The notes: generated by a model from the letters alone, not told the origin. 64,000 bases of DNA from Candidatus Parcubacteria bacterium (GCA_002869265.1 PKTH01000040.1:5120-69119), one strand, 5' to 3'. Shown: positions 53,048 to 62,589, counted from the stretch's first letter. Numbers and translations are program-made.

Positions 53048-53746
53048 TTATTTATATCTTTTTTCAATCTTTTCGATTGCACTAACTGTGATAATTAGCT
53101 TTTTATATCTCAATAAATCAACAATATTAATGTTGTCCAGGTTAATTAATTTTACTCCTGGCAAGTTTTTTGCTGAATATTTATCCTTTTCGTCATTTTT
53201 AGCATTAATCAACAAAACACTTCTCTTCGCTTTCTTTGCAACCTCTTTTTTCTTGTCATCTTTCTTCTCGGCTTTCTTTTTCTCATCTTTTAAAACCTTT
53301 TTTTCGAAAGTGGCAACAAGTTTATCAAATTCTTTAGTTTTAAAATTTTCTGATTCTATTTTTTCTAAAACTGCTAAATTGTTTTCTGATAATTTATCAG
53401 ACAAAGCCATAAGCAAAGCTGATTTTTTCATCTTTTGGTTAATGTTTTTAGAAAAATTTCTATTTTTTAGAGGACCAAAAGTTACACCACCACCAATCCA
53501 AATAGGACTTCTTGAAGAACCTACTCTTGCTCTACCTGTTCCTTTCTGTTTCCATGGTTTCTTACCACCACCACGAACATCAGCTCTTTGCTTGGTATGA
53601 GCTAAAACTTGTCTTTCGTTGGCCATCTGAGTAACAACTGCTTGATGAACCAAGCCTTCGTTTACTTTTAAACCGAAAATATCTTCAGGTAGATTTATAT
53701 CTCCAACTACTTCAGCTTTTTTATTGTAAATACTAGCTTTAAACAT
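53048..53746 (-). CDS. rplD: Ribosomal protein L4
   Basis: GGGKKPWKQKGTGRARVGSSRSPIWIGGGVTFGP. Confidence 0.93.
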   Translation of the reverse strand: MFKASIYNKKAEVVGDINLPEDIFGLKVNEGLVHQAVVTQMANERQVLAHTKQRADVRGGGKKPWKQKGTGRARVGSSRSPIWIGGGVTFGPLKNRNFSKNINQKMKKSALLMALSDKLSENNLAVLEKIESENFKTKEFDKLVATFEKKVLKDEKKKAEKKDDKKKEVAKKAKRSVLLINAKNDEKDKYSAKNLPGVKLINLDNINIVDLLRYKKLIITVSAIEKIEKRYK

Positions 53747-53825
53747 ATTATGTAAATTATTTTTTTATTGATTCACGTGTGAGTGAATTATCCCGCTAGC
53801 CTCGAAGAGGCGTTTAGGCGGGGAA

Positions 53826-54647
53826 TTATTTATCCTCTTTCTTAGCTTCTTCCTTCTTTTCTTCCTTGGCTAGGGCCTCCTCTTTCTTGTCTTCAACTTT
53901 TTCTTCTTTAGCTTCCTTTTTTACTTCTTCCTTTTTTACTTCTGCTTTCTTTTCAACTGCTTTTTCTACAGTCTCTTCAATATTTTCTTCCTTTTTCTCT
54001 TTCTCTTCCTTTTTAACAGCCTCTAGAATCTTTAAATCTCCTTTAGCATTAATCAACACTAGAGAATTTCTAGCACCAGGGACTCCACCTTTTACAAAGA
54101 TTGTGTCATCTTCAATTTTTAAAATATCAGCATCTTTAATAGTTACTTGATCTCCTCCCATTCTGCCACCCATTCTTGTTCCTTTAAATACATGAGCTGG
54201 ACCAGTTGCTCCAATAGAACCTGGCATTCTTACTTGGTCTTTTGTTCCATGAGTTTTAATCTGACCTTTAAAGCCATGTCTTTTAACAACACCTTGAAAC
54301 CCTCTACCTTTTGAGACGCTAGTCATGTTAATAGATTCACCTGCTTCAAAGCTTGAAATGTCAAATCGGTCACCCTTTTTCAATAAAATCTCCTCATTGT
54401 TGTTTATTCTAAACTCTCTTAGATATCTAAAATTCTCGAGACCCTTCATGTGGCCTTTTTGAGGTTTTTTAATATTCTTTTCTTTTTTAAGATCGAAACC
54501 AACCTGAACAGCTTTATAACCATCAGTTTTTTCATCTTTTACTTGGACTACAGTACAAGGAGCTGTCTTAATTTTTGTAACAGCTACTACTTTTTCATCC
54601 TTCCATATTTGAGTCATTTCGACTTTTTTTCCTAAAATAAATTTCAT
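53826..54647 (-). CDS. rplC: Ribosomal protein L3 with ~70-aa K/E-rich C-terminal extension
   Basis: GRGFQGVVKRHGFKG. I prefer the ATG at 54647 (MKFILGKK) over the track's TTG start. Confidence 0.92.
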   Translation of the reverse strand: MKFILGKKVEMTQIWKDEKVVAVTKIKTAPCTVVQVKDEKTDGYKAVQVGFDLKKEKNIKKPQKGHMKGLENFRYLREFRINNNEEILLKKGDRFDISSFEAGESINMTSVSKGRGFQGVVKRHGFKGQIKTHGTKDQVRMPGSIGATGPAHVFKGTRMGGRMGGDQVTIKDADILKIEDDTIFVKGGVPGARNSLVLINAKGDLKILEAVKKEEKEKKEENIEETVEKAVEKKAEVKKEEVKKEAKEEKVEDKKEEALAKEEKKEEAKKEDK

Positions 54648-54915
54648 AATTTTTTCGTGGCAGCGCAAGTTTTAACTTGTTGCCTTTAATAAACAAAAAA
54701 CTGGCTCAATCAAAACCAGCTAAAATAACACAATATCTATCATCCTCCTAGAAAACAGAATTTATATTATATTTTATCGCTTTTTGTTTGATTTTTACCT
54801 CACTAAAACGTATTAATTATCACCTTAAGACTTTCTTTTTCCGTTTACGGAAAAAGAGTTTTTACGACAATATTTAATACTAAATATTTTCAAAAATTTA
54901 CTAATGTACAGTTTA

Positions 54916-55263
54916 CTACATTTTAATCTCCAAGTCAACCCCAGCTGGTAGGCTAAGACTAGTCAAATCTTCAATAGTCTTGGCTGATGGATCGATAATG
55001 TCAATCAATCTTTTATGAGTTCTCATCTCATACTGGTCACGAGCACTTTTGTGAACAAAAGTAGATCTCATAACTGTGTACTTTTTCTTCTCTGTCGGAA
55101 GCGGGATAGGACCAAAAATTTGGGCTCCACTTCGCTCTGCAGTTTCAATGATTTTCTTTGTAGACTGATCAATAATCTTGTGATCAAAAGCCTTAATTCT
55201 AATTCTGATTTTTTGTTTAAAATCTTCCTTTTCATTAGTTGCTTTTTTTACATCTTTTGGCAT
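54916..55263 (-). CDS. rpsJ: Ribosomal protein S10
   Basis: [17 protein letters not shown]... Confidence 0.93.
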   Translation of the reverse strand: MPKDVKKATNEKEDFKQKIRIRIKAFDHKIIDQSTKKIIETAERSGAQIFGPIPLPTEKKKYTVMRSTFVHKSARDQYEMRTHKRLIDIIDPSAKTIEDLTSLSLPAGVDLEIKM

Positions 55264-55313
55264 AAGCTTTTTTATATGCTTAATTTTTTACAATTACCTA
55301 AATAGGCATTATA

Positions 55314-55340
55314 AAGCTCCTTAAAAACTTTAAGGAGCTT
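55314..55340 (-). terminator. Strong hairpin between tuf and rpsJ (terminator/attenuator candidate)
   Basis: aagctccttaaa/tttaaggagctt 12-bp perfect stem with a 3-nt loop. The downstream U-run is weak (uuauaau). Confidence 0.5.
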
Positions 55341-55347
55341 AAAATAT

Positions 55348-56535
55348 CTATTTTGTGATTTTTACTACGGCACCAGCACCAACAGTTCTACCACCCTCAC
55401 GAATAGCAAACCTTTGCTTTTCTTCTAGGGCTACAGGAGAGATAAGTTTAACATTAATGTTAACAGTATCACCAGGCATAACCATCTCTGTTCCTTCTGG
55501 TAATTCGATTTCACCAGTTACATCTGTTGTTCTGATATAAAATTGTGGTTTATAACCCTTAAAGAAAGGCTTATGTCTTCCACCTTCATCTTTAGATAAG
55601 ATATATACTTGTGCTTCAAATTCAGTGTGAGGAGTAACAGTTCCAGGAACTGCTAATACTTGTCCTCTTTCTACTTCGTCTTTCTTAGTACCTCTAAGCA
55701 AAATACCAGCATTGTCTCCAGCTTGACCTTCTTCAAGTTGCTTATTAAACATCTCGATTCCAGTAACTGTAGTTTTTGTAGTATCTTTTAGACCAACGAT
55801 TTCTACTTCAGTATTAATCTTTAGAACACCTCTTTCGATTCTACCAGTAACTACTGTTCCTCTACCCTCGATTGAGAACACATCCTCAATAGGCATTAGG
55901 AAAGTTTGGTCAACGTCTCTTACTGGTTCTGGAATGTAATCATCAATTGCATCCATTAGATCTAGAACTGGCTTTGCATCATCGCCACTTGGATTTTCTA
56001 GAGCCTTTAGAGCTGAACCTCTGATAATTGGAGTATCATCTCCAGGGAATTCGTATTTATTTAATAGATCTTTTACTTCTTCTTCAACTAGGTCGATAAG
56101 TTCTTTGTCCTCAACCATATCACATTTGTTTAAGAAAACAGTGATATAAGGGACACCAACTTGTCTTGCTAAAAGGATATGCTCTCTAGTTTGAGGCATA
56201 GGACCGTCAGTTGCAGCAACTACTAAGATAGCACCGTCCATTTGAGCAGCACCAGTAATCATGTTCTTTACGTAGTCAGCGTGACCAGGACAGTCAACGT
56301 GAGCGTAGTGACGTTTGTCGGTTTGGTATTCTACGTGAGCTGTAGCAATAGTAATACCTCTTTCTTTTTCTTCTGGAGCAGCATCAATTTGACTTACGTC
56401 TTTGTTTGAAGCTGATTTACCAGCAGCACCTAATACAGCTAGAATTGCAGCTGTTAGTGTTGTTTTACCATGGTCAACATGTCCAATAGTACCGATGTTG
56501 ACGTGTGGTAGTGATCTGTCGAAAATTTCCGCCAT
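55348..56535 (-). CDS. tuf: Elongation factor Tu
   Basis: [26 protein letters not shown]..., [13 protein letters not shown] prefer the start at 56535. Confidence 0.97.
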   Translation of the reverse strand: MAEIFDRSLPHVNIGTIGHVDHGKTTLTAAILAVLGAAGKSASNKDVSQIDAAPEEKERGITIATAHVEYQTDKRHYAHVDCPGHADYVKNMITGAAQMDGAILVVAATDGPMPQTREHILLARQVGVPYITVFLNKCDMVEDKELIDLVEEEVKDLLNKYEFPGDDTPIIRGSALKALENPSGDDAKPVLDLMDAIDDYIPEPVRDVDQTFLMPIEDVFSIEGRGTVVTGRIERGVLKINTEVEIVGLKDTTKTTVTGIEMFNKQLEEGQAGDNAGILLRGTKKDEVERGQVLAVPGTVTPHTEFEAQVYILSKDEGGRHKPFFKGYKPQFYIRTTDVTGEIELPEGTEMVMPGDTVNINVKLISPVALEEKQRFAIREGGRTVGAGAVVKITK

Positions 56536-56646
56536 GTTAATGTTTCCTACGGCCCCAATCAATTATTTGAATGAGTTTTTTGCTCCACCCGAATTAAGGC
56601 TGAGCAACCAGCCGAAACTTATTATTTAATTAATTAAATTATATTA

Positions 56647-57042
56647 TTAATAATTTATTTCTTCTAAATACTGCCTATCTTCTTCAATAATCTCCTCATC
56701 ATCGTCAGATTCTGTATTTTCGCCTTCATCTGAAGCAGTTTTCTTTCTTTCTTCTGGAATATTCCAGCTTCTTTTGGGTTTTTCTTCTGTTTTTTTCTCC
56801 TCTTCTACCTCTGTTTCTGGGCTATTATCATCATTTTTCCACAAAGCAATATCGCGATTTATTTTATCAATCATCTGATCTTCTGTCAAGCCTCTCAAAT
56901 CGCTATTATTATCACTTATTTTCTCATATTCGTCCAAGCTCATGATAGCGTAGGCATTCTCTGGTTCGTTGGAGTCAAAAACAACAATTCTGTCTCCTGT
57001 TTTCTTTACTAGCTTTATGATTCTATCAAATTTTGAATTCAT
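56647..57042 (-). CDS. Hypothetical acidic protein (131 aa) inserted between fusA and tuf
   Basis: Clean ORF; the C-terminal half is highly acidic (EVEEEKKTEE...SDDDEEIIEEDRQYLEEINY). I recognise no family. Confidence 0.55.
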   Translation of the reverse strand: MNSKFDRIIKLVKKTGDRIVVFDSNEPENAYAIMSLDEYEKISDNNSDLRGLTEDQMIDKINRDIALWKNDDNSPETEVEEEKKTEEKPKRSWNIPEERKKTASDEGENTESDDDEEIIEEDRQYLEEINY

Positions 57043-57083
57043 ATAAATTATATTTAATGATAAAACCTCCTTTTATAATAATT

Positions 57084-59165
57084 TTATTTCTTTTCGTTTT
57101 CTCCCATAATTTTCTCAGCAATGTTTTTTGGCACTTCTGAGTAGTTAAGGAATTCCATTGAGTAGTTAGCTCTACCTTGACTCATAGATCTTAGCTCTGT
57201 AGCATAACCAAACATTTCTGATAATGTAACTTTAGCGTCAATAACTTTTAACTTACCTCTGTCTGACATTTGGTCAATTTGACCTCTTCTTGAGTTAAGA
57301 TCACCAACGACTGCTCCCATATAATCTTCCGGAGTAGTTACTTCAACTTTCATAATCGGCTCAAGGATAACAGCACCTGCATTTCGACAAGCGTCCTTGA
57401 AGGCAAAAATTGATGCCATTTTAAATGCTGCCTCAGAAGAATCAACCTCATGATAAGAACCATCATAAACAGTTGTTTTAACATCAACCATTGGATAACC
57501 AGCTAGAACACCTTGGTCCATAGCCTCTTTAACACCTTTTTCAATTGCTGGAATATATTCTCTAGGAACAACACCACCCTTAATCTCATTAGCAAACTCA
57601 AACCCAGCACCCTCTTCTTGTGGCTCAACTCTTAGATATACATGACCGTATTGACCACGACCACCAGACTGTTTAGCATATTTGTGCTCTTGCTCAGCCA
57701 TTGTTCTAATAGTTTCTCTATATGATACTTGTGGTTGACCGATATTTGCTTCAACCTTAAACTCTCTTTTCATACGATCAACAATAATGTCTAAGTGAAG
57801 CTCACCCATTCCTGAAATCAAAGTTTGATTTGTCTCCTCATCAGTCTCCACTCTAAAGGTTGGATCTTCTTCTGCTAGCTTTTGTAGAGCCATGCCCATT
57901 TTTTCTTGATCAGCTTTAGTCTTAGGTTCAACAGCGATTTTAATAACTGGTTCAGGGAAAGTGATTGATTCTAAAATAAGTTTTCTATCCTCGCTAGTTA
58001 AAGTATTCCCTGTTACAGTATCTTTCAGTCCGATAACCGCTGCAATATCTCCTGCATAAACTGATTTAACTTCCTCTCTATGATTAGCGTGCATTCTTAC
58101 TAGTCTTCCAATTCTTTCTTTTGATCCAGTAGAGGTATTGTAAACATAAGAACCTGATTCCAAAACACCAGAATAAACCCTAACAAAAGTCAGTCTACCA
58201 ACAAAAGGGTCAGTAGCTACTTTAAAAGCTAGAGCTGAGAAAGGCTCATCATCACTTGGTTTAACAGGGATTTTTACTTCTTCGTCATCTGGATTCATTG
58301 CTTGAATTTCTGGCACATCTAGCGGAGATGGTAAGTAAGTAACAACGCCGTCTAGAGCTAGTTGTACACCTACATTCTGTAGAGCAGAACCAGCATATAC
58401 TGGATATAGCTCATTTGCGATAACACCTTTTCTAATAGCAGCGTTTAATTCATCTTCAGAAATTTCTTCTCCTCCTAAATACTTCTCTGTCAAAGCATCA
58501 TCAACCTCTACTACTCTTTCAATTAACTCTGCTCTATATTCTTCAACCATTGCCTTCATGTCTTCTGGAATTTCTACCTCATTCATCTTTTCACCAAAAT
58601 TTCCTTCAAACTCGTAAGCTTTTTGTTTAAGTAGATCAACTACTCCCCTGTGCTCATTTTCAGCACCAATCGGCAGTTGGATAGCTACAGCCTTTGAACT
58701 TAGTCTATCTCTAATAGAATCAAGACTCATCTTAAAGTCAGCTCCCATTTTGTCCATTTTGTTTACAAAACAAAGCCTTGGCACTTTATATTTATCCGCT
58801 TGTCTCCAAACAGTCTCTGATTGAGGCTCAACACCAGCTGCCCCATCAAATACAGCAATAGCACCATCAAGAACACGAAGTGATCTTTCAACTTCCACAG
58901 TAAAATCAACGTGACCAGGAGTATCAATAATATTTATTCTATTATCTTGCCAAAAACAAGTAGTAGCCGCTGAGGTAATTGTGATTCCTCTTTCTTTTTC
59001 TTGTTCCATCCAGTCCATATCAGATTCACCTTCATGAGTTTCACCAATTTTGTGCTTTTTACCAGTGTAAAATAAAACACGTTCAGTAAACGTAGTTTTT
59101 CCAGCATCAATGTGGGCCATGATGCCGATATTTCTTGTTTTTTCTAATGAATATTCTCGAGCCAT
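57084..59165 (-). CDS. fusA: Elongation factor G
   Basis: [25 protein letters not shown]; five-domain length (693 aa). Confidence 0.97.
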   Translation of the reverse strand: MAREYSLEKTRNIGIMAHIDAGKTTFTERVLFYTGKKHKIGETHEGESDMDWMEQEKERGITITSAATTCFWQDNRINIIDTPGHVDFTVEVERSLRVLDGAIAVFDGAAGVEPQSETVWRQADKYKVPRLCFVNKMDKMGADFKMSLDSIRDRLSSKAVAIQLPIGAENEHRGVVDLLKQKAYEFEGNFGEKMNEVEIPEDMKAMVEEYRAELIERVVEVDDALTEKYLGGEEISEDELNAAIRKGVIANELYPVYAGSALQNVGVQLALDGVVTYLPSPLDVPEIQAMNPDDEEVKIPVKPSDDEPFSALAFKVATDPFVGRLTFVRVYSGVLESGSYVYNTSTGSKERIGRLVRMHANHREEVKSVYAGDIAAVIGLKDTVTGNTLTSEDRKLILESITFPEPVIKIAVEPKTKADQEKMGMALQKLAEEDPTFRVETDEETNQTLISGMGELHLDIIVDRMKREFKVEANIGQPQVSYRETIRTMAEQEHKYAKQSGGRGQYGHVYLRVEPQEEGAGFEFANEIKGGVVPREYIPAIEKGVKEAMDQGVLAGYPMVDVKTTVYDGSYHEVDSSEAAFKMASIFAFKDACRNAGAVILEPIMKVEVTTPEDYMGAVVGDLNSRRGQIDQMSDRGKLKVIDAKVTLSEMFGYATELRSMSQGRANYSMEFLNYSEVPKNIAEKIMGENEKK

Positions 59166-59230
59166 ATTATTAAGCTTTGTTGTAGTCTTATTTTAGACTA
59201 CTTATCTTATTATTTTTATAAATTATAGTT

Positions 59231-59254
59231 ATAAAAGGGAGAACAAGTCTCCCT
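59231..59254 (-). terminator. Hairpin after the small Cys-rich ORF (possible internal terminator/attenuator in the str operon)
   Basis: agggaga/tctccct 7-bp hairpin followed by a short U-run on the minus strand. Confidence 0.45.
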
Positions 59255-59277
59255 CAAATTTTTTTATCACTTTGCTT

Positions 59278-59436
59278 CTAACTATCCTCTTCTTGGACTA
59301 CATCTGATTGACGTCCGCAGTCGGGACAGGTTTTCCTGATGTAGGGCTGATTACTTTCTGAACATTCCATTTGCTTCTCTTCGTCATTTTCATGACTACA
59401 TTTCTTTTGCCCACACTGACAACCTTCAGCACACAT
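59278..59436 (-). CDS. Small Cys-rich protein (52 aa), below the ORF-track cutoff, between rpsG and fusA
   Basis: AAGGAGG sits 6 nt before the ATG at 59436. Sequence: MCAEGCQCGQKKCSHENDEEKQMECSESNQPYIRKTCPDCGRQSDVVQEEDS (7 Cys, including a CPDC knuckle). TAG stop at 59278-59280. Confidence 0.55.
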   Translation of the reverse strand: MCAEGCQCGQKKCSHENDEEKQMECSESNQPYIRKTCPDCGRQSDVVQEEDS

Positions 59437-59466
59437 CGCAAACCTCCTTAGATTTTAGGTTAGAAA

Positions 59467-59934
59467 TTATCTCGAAAAATGAGCGAATGCTCTATTAGAC
59501 TCTGCCATTTTGTGAACTGTCTCTCTCTTTCTGACAGCAGCGCCCTCGCCTTTTGCAGCTAAAATAATTTCATCAGCCAAGTTCTCAGCCATAGATTTTC
59601 CTTTTTTGGCGCGACTTGCTTCAATCAACCAACGGCATCCAAGAGTAAATCTTCTCTCTCCTCTAACCTGGAAAGGTACTTGGTAATTAGCACCACCAAC
59701 TCTCTTACCTCTCACCTCAAGTAGTGGAGAAATCTTTTTTAGAGCTTTATTAAAAATGTGTCTTGGATCTTGTTTCGTTTCCTTCTTTACAATTTCAAAT
59801 GAATCATAAACTACTTTCTGAGCAACAGTCTTTTTACCATCTTTCATAATGTAGTTAATGAATTTTGCGACATCAACATCGTTAAATCTGACGTCACCGT
59901 CTATTTTTCTTTTTGGAGCTTGCTTACCTCTCAT
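59467..59934 (-). CDS. rpsG: Ribosomal protein S7
   Basis: ...LEVRGKRVGGANYQVP...NRAFAHFSR. Confidence 0.95.
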   Translation of the reverse strand: MRGKQAPKRKIDGDVRFNDVDVAKFINYIMKDGKKTVAQKVVYDSFEIVKKETKQDPRHIFNKALKKISPLLEVRGKRVGGANYQVPFQVRGERRFTLGCRWLIEASRAKKGKSMAENLADEIILAAKGEGAAVRKRETVHKMAESNRAFAHFSR

Positions 59935-59960
59935 ACTTTATATATAGAATTATTTATTAT

Positions 59961-60386
59961 TTATGAAGCTTTCTTTTCGACCTTAGCACCGTACTTTGAT
60001 CTAGCTTGTTTTCTACCTTCAACACCCTGAGTGTCATAAACACCACGGATAACCTTGTAACGTACACCAGGTAAATCTTTTGTTCTTCCACCTTTAACCA
60101 ATACAATAGAGTGTTCCTGTAAGTTATGCCCCATTCCTGGAATATAAGCTGTAACTTCCATCCCATTAGAAAGTCTAACCCTGGCTATCTTACGTAGGGC
60201 TGAGTTAGGTTTTTTAGGAGTGGTTGTTGTAACTTTCAAACAAACACCTCTTCTAAACGGAGCACCTTTTTTCAATTCTGTTCTCTTTCTATGTAGAGTG
60301 TCTAGAGTTGATTGCAATGCTGGGAATTTACTCTTTGTAGTTGTCTTTTTTCGTCCTTTTCGAACTAATTGGTTCATTGTTGGCAT
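59961..60386 (-). CDS. rpsL: Ribosomal protein S12
   Basis: [13 protein letters not shown]...[11 protein letters not shown]... Confidence 0.96.
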   Translation of the reverse strand: MPTMNQLVRKGRKKTTTKSKFPALQSTLDTLHRKRTELKKGAPFRRGVCLKVTTTTPKKPNSALRKIARVRLSNGMEVTAYIPGMGHNLQEHSIVLVKGGRTKDLPGVRYKVIRGVYDTQGVEGRKQARSKYGAKVEKKAS

Positions 60387-60561
60387 ACTAAAATATTCAA
60401 TTTATCTAAAATTAATTAATAATAAAACAAACCCCTCGTAAGGGATATGAAAATTCTTCATTAAATTTATCAAAATATTCAAATTAAGTCAAGAGCTTTT
60501 GCTGCCATTTAAAAATTAATATAAATAAGGAGATAAATATATATAAAAATATATAAATCAA

Positions 60562-60592
60562 AAAGCGGTAAATCAAATTTCACCGCTTTTTT
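60562..60592. terminator. Bidirectional-looking hairpin between the str operon promoter region and the plus-strand operon
   Basis: aagcggt(aaat)...(attt)caccgctt hairpin with T6 after it and an A-run before it. Confidence 0.45.
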
Positions 60593-60602
60593 GTGTCCGC
60601 CA

Positions 60603-60632
60603 TTGACAAAAACCCCTTTATTATGCTAAAAA
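60603..60632 (+). promoter_or_regulatory. Candidate promoter of the plus-strand three-gene operon
   Basis: TTGACA (60603-60608), ~18-nt spacer, TGcTAAAAA extended -10-like element. Confidence 0.4.
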
Positions 60633-60686
60633 GAAGCATTGTTTTTACAATATCGAACCTTTAAAAATACATAAACGGAGGAAGTC

Positions 60687-61214
60687 ATGAAGCTAAGGTA
60701 TAGATCGCTCTTAACGCTGGCCTTAATAGTTATTACCTGCATTTCTTTTGAACTAATAACTGACAGCCCTAGCTGGGAAAAAGTATTTGAATGTGTCTTT
60801 TTTGCAGTTTTAGGCATCTCTATTTTCATGGGGATTGGAATACTTTACCCAAATCATGATTTCAGGATCACAAATCACCCAGAAGTAAACCCCGAAACTC
60901 TAATAATTTCCCTGCGTCTTAGGGAGACAGAAAAAAGCCCTGATCCACAAACGGTGAATATTTCCCCTAAGTCTTTGCAATCTGTTTTTCCTAAAGATGA
61001 TGACTCTGGAATTATTTTAAACATCTCTCACCAATCCGATAACGGTGGCTTGTTTGAAACCGAGATATTGTCGGATGACACAGTTCTCAACCAAGAGATT
61101 GTTGATGAATTATTCCAGCTATTCTTTGGGGCCATTCAAAGAAAACCACGAATCAATCTAGAGCTTATTGAAGAACTTAAAATATTTCTTAATAAAGTCA
61201 ATCAGAAGAAATAA
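60687..61214 (+). CDS. Hypothetical membrane protein (175 aa)
   Basis: GGAGG SD. Two N-terminal hydrophobic helices, then a soluble acidic domain. I recognise no family. Confidence 0.6.
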   Translation: MKLRYRSLLTLALIVITCISFELITDSPSWEKVFECVFFAVLGISIFMGIGILYPNHDFRITNHPEVNPETLIISLRLRETEKSPDPQTVNISPKSLQSVFPKDDDSGIILNISHQSDNGGLFETEILSDDTVLNQEIVDELFQLFFGAIQRKPRINLELIEELKIFLNKVNQKK

Positions 61215-61235
61215 ACATTAATATTGGAGGGTAAG

Positions 61236-61499
61236 ATGGAGAAAATTACTTTTGAAAAAGGAGATTTGGTAGAAATAAAAGAAGAGTATCTGGGCAGTGT
61301 CGCAATAACGACCAGCCTTGCTCACAAATTCCCTGGTCCCTATAGAGTAGAAAGAGTGGATGATATTCCAGTAAATGCTCAGAAAGCTTATCGACATCAT
61401 CAAGCGCTAGTTTTGTCTAAAGATGGTAGAAACATTGCCCCCGAATTTATGCTCCAACGTTTTTCTGGAGTTTTCTTTAAGAAGGTTTCTTTAAACTAA
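61236..61499 (+). CDS. Hypothetical protein (87 aa)
   Basis: GGAGGG sits 4-5 nt before the ATG at 61236 (MEKITFEKGDLVEIKEEY...). The track start at 61224 is TTG. Confidence 0.55.
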   Translation: MEKITFEKGDLVEIKEEYLGSVAITTSLAHKFPGPYRVERVDDIPVNAQKAYRHHQALVLSKDGRNIAPEFMLQRFSGVFFKKVSLN

Positions 61500-61532
61500 A
61501 AAATACTAATTCGATAAACAAGGAGGAAGAAG

Positions 61533-61862
61533 ATGAACCAAGCGAGTAGCGAAAACGAAAAATACGGAAAAGTAAAACTGACCCGCAGTCTTACTTTTGA
61601 GGAAATGGTTCTTGATCGAGTTCTCGACGGCATCAAAGTTGAAGTTGAAATTAAGGGAGAGAAATTCCTTGGCACATTAGCACAATTAACCCTGACCCCA
61701 GGAGTAAATGGAAGAGGGTTTGCACTTCTCAATATCGATCCCCCAGGAGGGAAAGAAAGTGATAATTGGTCGATCATGATTTCGATCAGTAAGAACAATG
61801 GCATAATAGTCATGCCTAAGCAACCTCAAGAGAATCAAGTTCTCCACAGCCTAGGAAGGTAA
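61533..61862 (+). CDS. Hypothetical protein (109 aa)
   Basis: AAGGAGGAAG SD; a terminator follows. Confidence 0.55.
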   Translation: MNQASSENEKYGKVKLTRSLTFEEMVLDRVLDGIKVEVEIKGEKFLGTLAQLTLTPGVNGRGFALLNIDPPGGKESDNWSIMISISKNNGIIVMPKQPQENQVLHSLGR

Positions 61863-61870
61863 AAACATAG

Positions 61871-61897
61871 AAGCACCCAAAAAATGGGTGCTTTTTT
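61871..61897 (+). terminator. Terminator of the plus-strand three-gene operon
   Basis: aagcaccca/tgggtgctt 9-bp hairpin followed by a T-run. Confidence 0.8.
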
Positions 61898-61922
61898 ATA
61901 TCATCTCAAAAATATTCAAGCT

Positions 61923-61959
61923 CATATGTCTATACACATATATAGACATATGTATAGAC
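61923..61959. repeat. Perfect 12-bp inverted repeat (catatgtctata N6 tatagacatatg) plus a third half-site (tatagac)
   Basis: Read directly: arms at 61923-61934 and 61941-61952, with an extra tatagac at 61953-61959. It lies between convergent genes. Confidence 0.85.
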
Positions 61960-61965
61960 TTTTTA

Positions 61966-62589
61966 TTAAACCCCTACTATCAGTTTAAACAAACCCTCAA
62001 TTACAGGAACTATTAAAGAAAAGCCTACAACCACAAAGGCGAGGACCAAAATAAAGCCATATTGTTCCATTTTGAGGAATCTTATCTTCCATTCATAGGG
62101 CAAGAAAGGCATTATTATTTTAGATCCATCAAGTGGTGGGATTGGCACTAGATTAAATACCATCAAAAGCAGGTTGATCTGCACTATAACAACTAAAAAA
62201 TTTACTAATAGCTGATTAACAAAAAAAGGCTGGGTGATGAATATAAGCCTTAAAAGAAGGCCAAAAAATACGGCCACTATCAAATTCGCCATCGGCCCTG
62301 CTAGAGCAACCTTGGCTCCTCCATAAATCCTGTCTCGCAGGTTATTAGGGTTATACGGGACAGGTTTAGCCCAACCAAAAACAAAGGGCGCCCCGGTCAA
62401 AATAAGAATAAAAGGAAGTATTATTGATCCGTTTATATCTATGTGTGGTATAGGGTTTAGGGTTAATCTCCCCTCGTCTTTTGCAGTATTATCGCCCAAG
62501 CGCTCTGCCATCCAGCCATGCATATATTCATGAATTATGGCTGAATATATAAGAACGATAACTGAAAATATAATAATTTGTATATCCAT
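61966..62589 (-). CDS. Site-2-protease family (M50) membrane metalloprotease
   Basis: HEYMHGWMAERLGD (HExxH) in a TM helix; multi-pass membrane protein; NLVPIPPLDGS motif. Confidence 0.8.
   Translation of the reverse strand: MDIQIIIFSVIVLIYSAIIHEYMHGWMAERLGDNTAKDEGRLTLNPIPHIDINGSIILPFILILTGAPFVFGWAKPVPYNPNNLRDRIYGGAKVALAGPMANLIVAVFFGLLLRLIFITQPFFVNQLLVNFLVVIVQINLLLMVFNLVPIPPLDGSKIIMPFLPYEWKIRFLKMEQYGFILVLAFVVVGFSLIVPVIEGLFKLIVGV

Noticed and set aside
59957-60166. 69-aa alternative-frame ORF overlapping rpsL
   Set aside because: It is out of frame within the highly conserved S12 gene.
61496-61813. Minus-strand 105-aa ORF
   Set aside because: It is antisense to the SD-supported plus-strand gene 61533-61862, and it has no SD.
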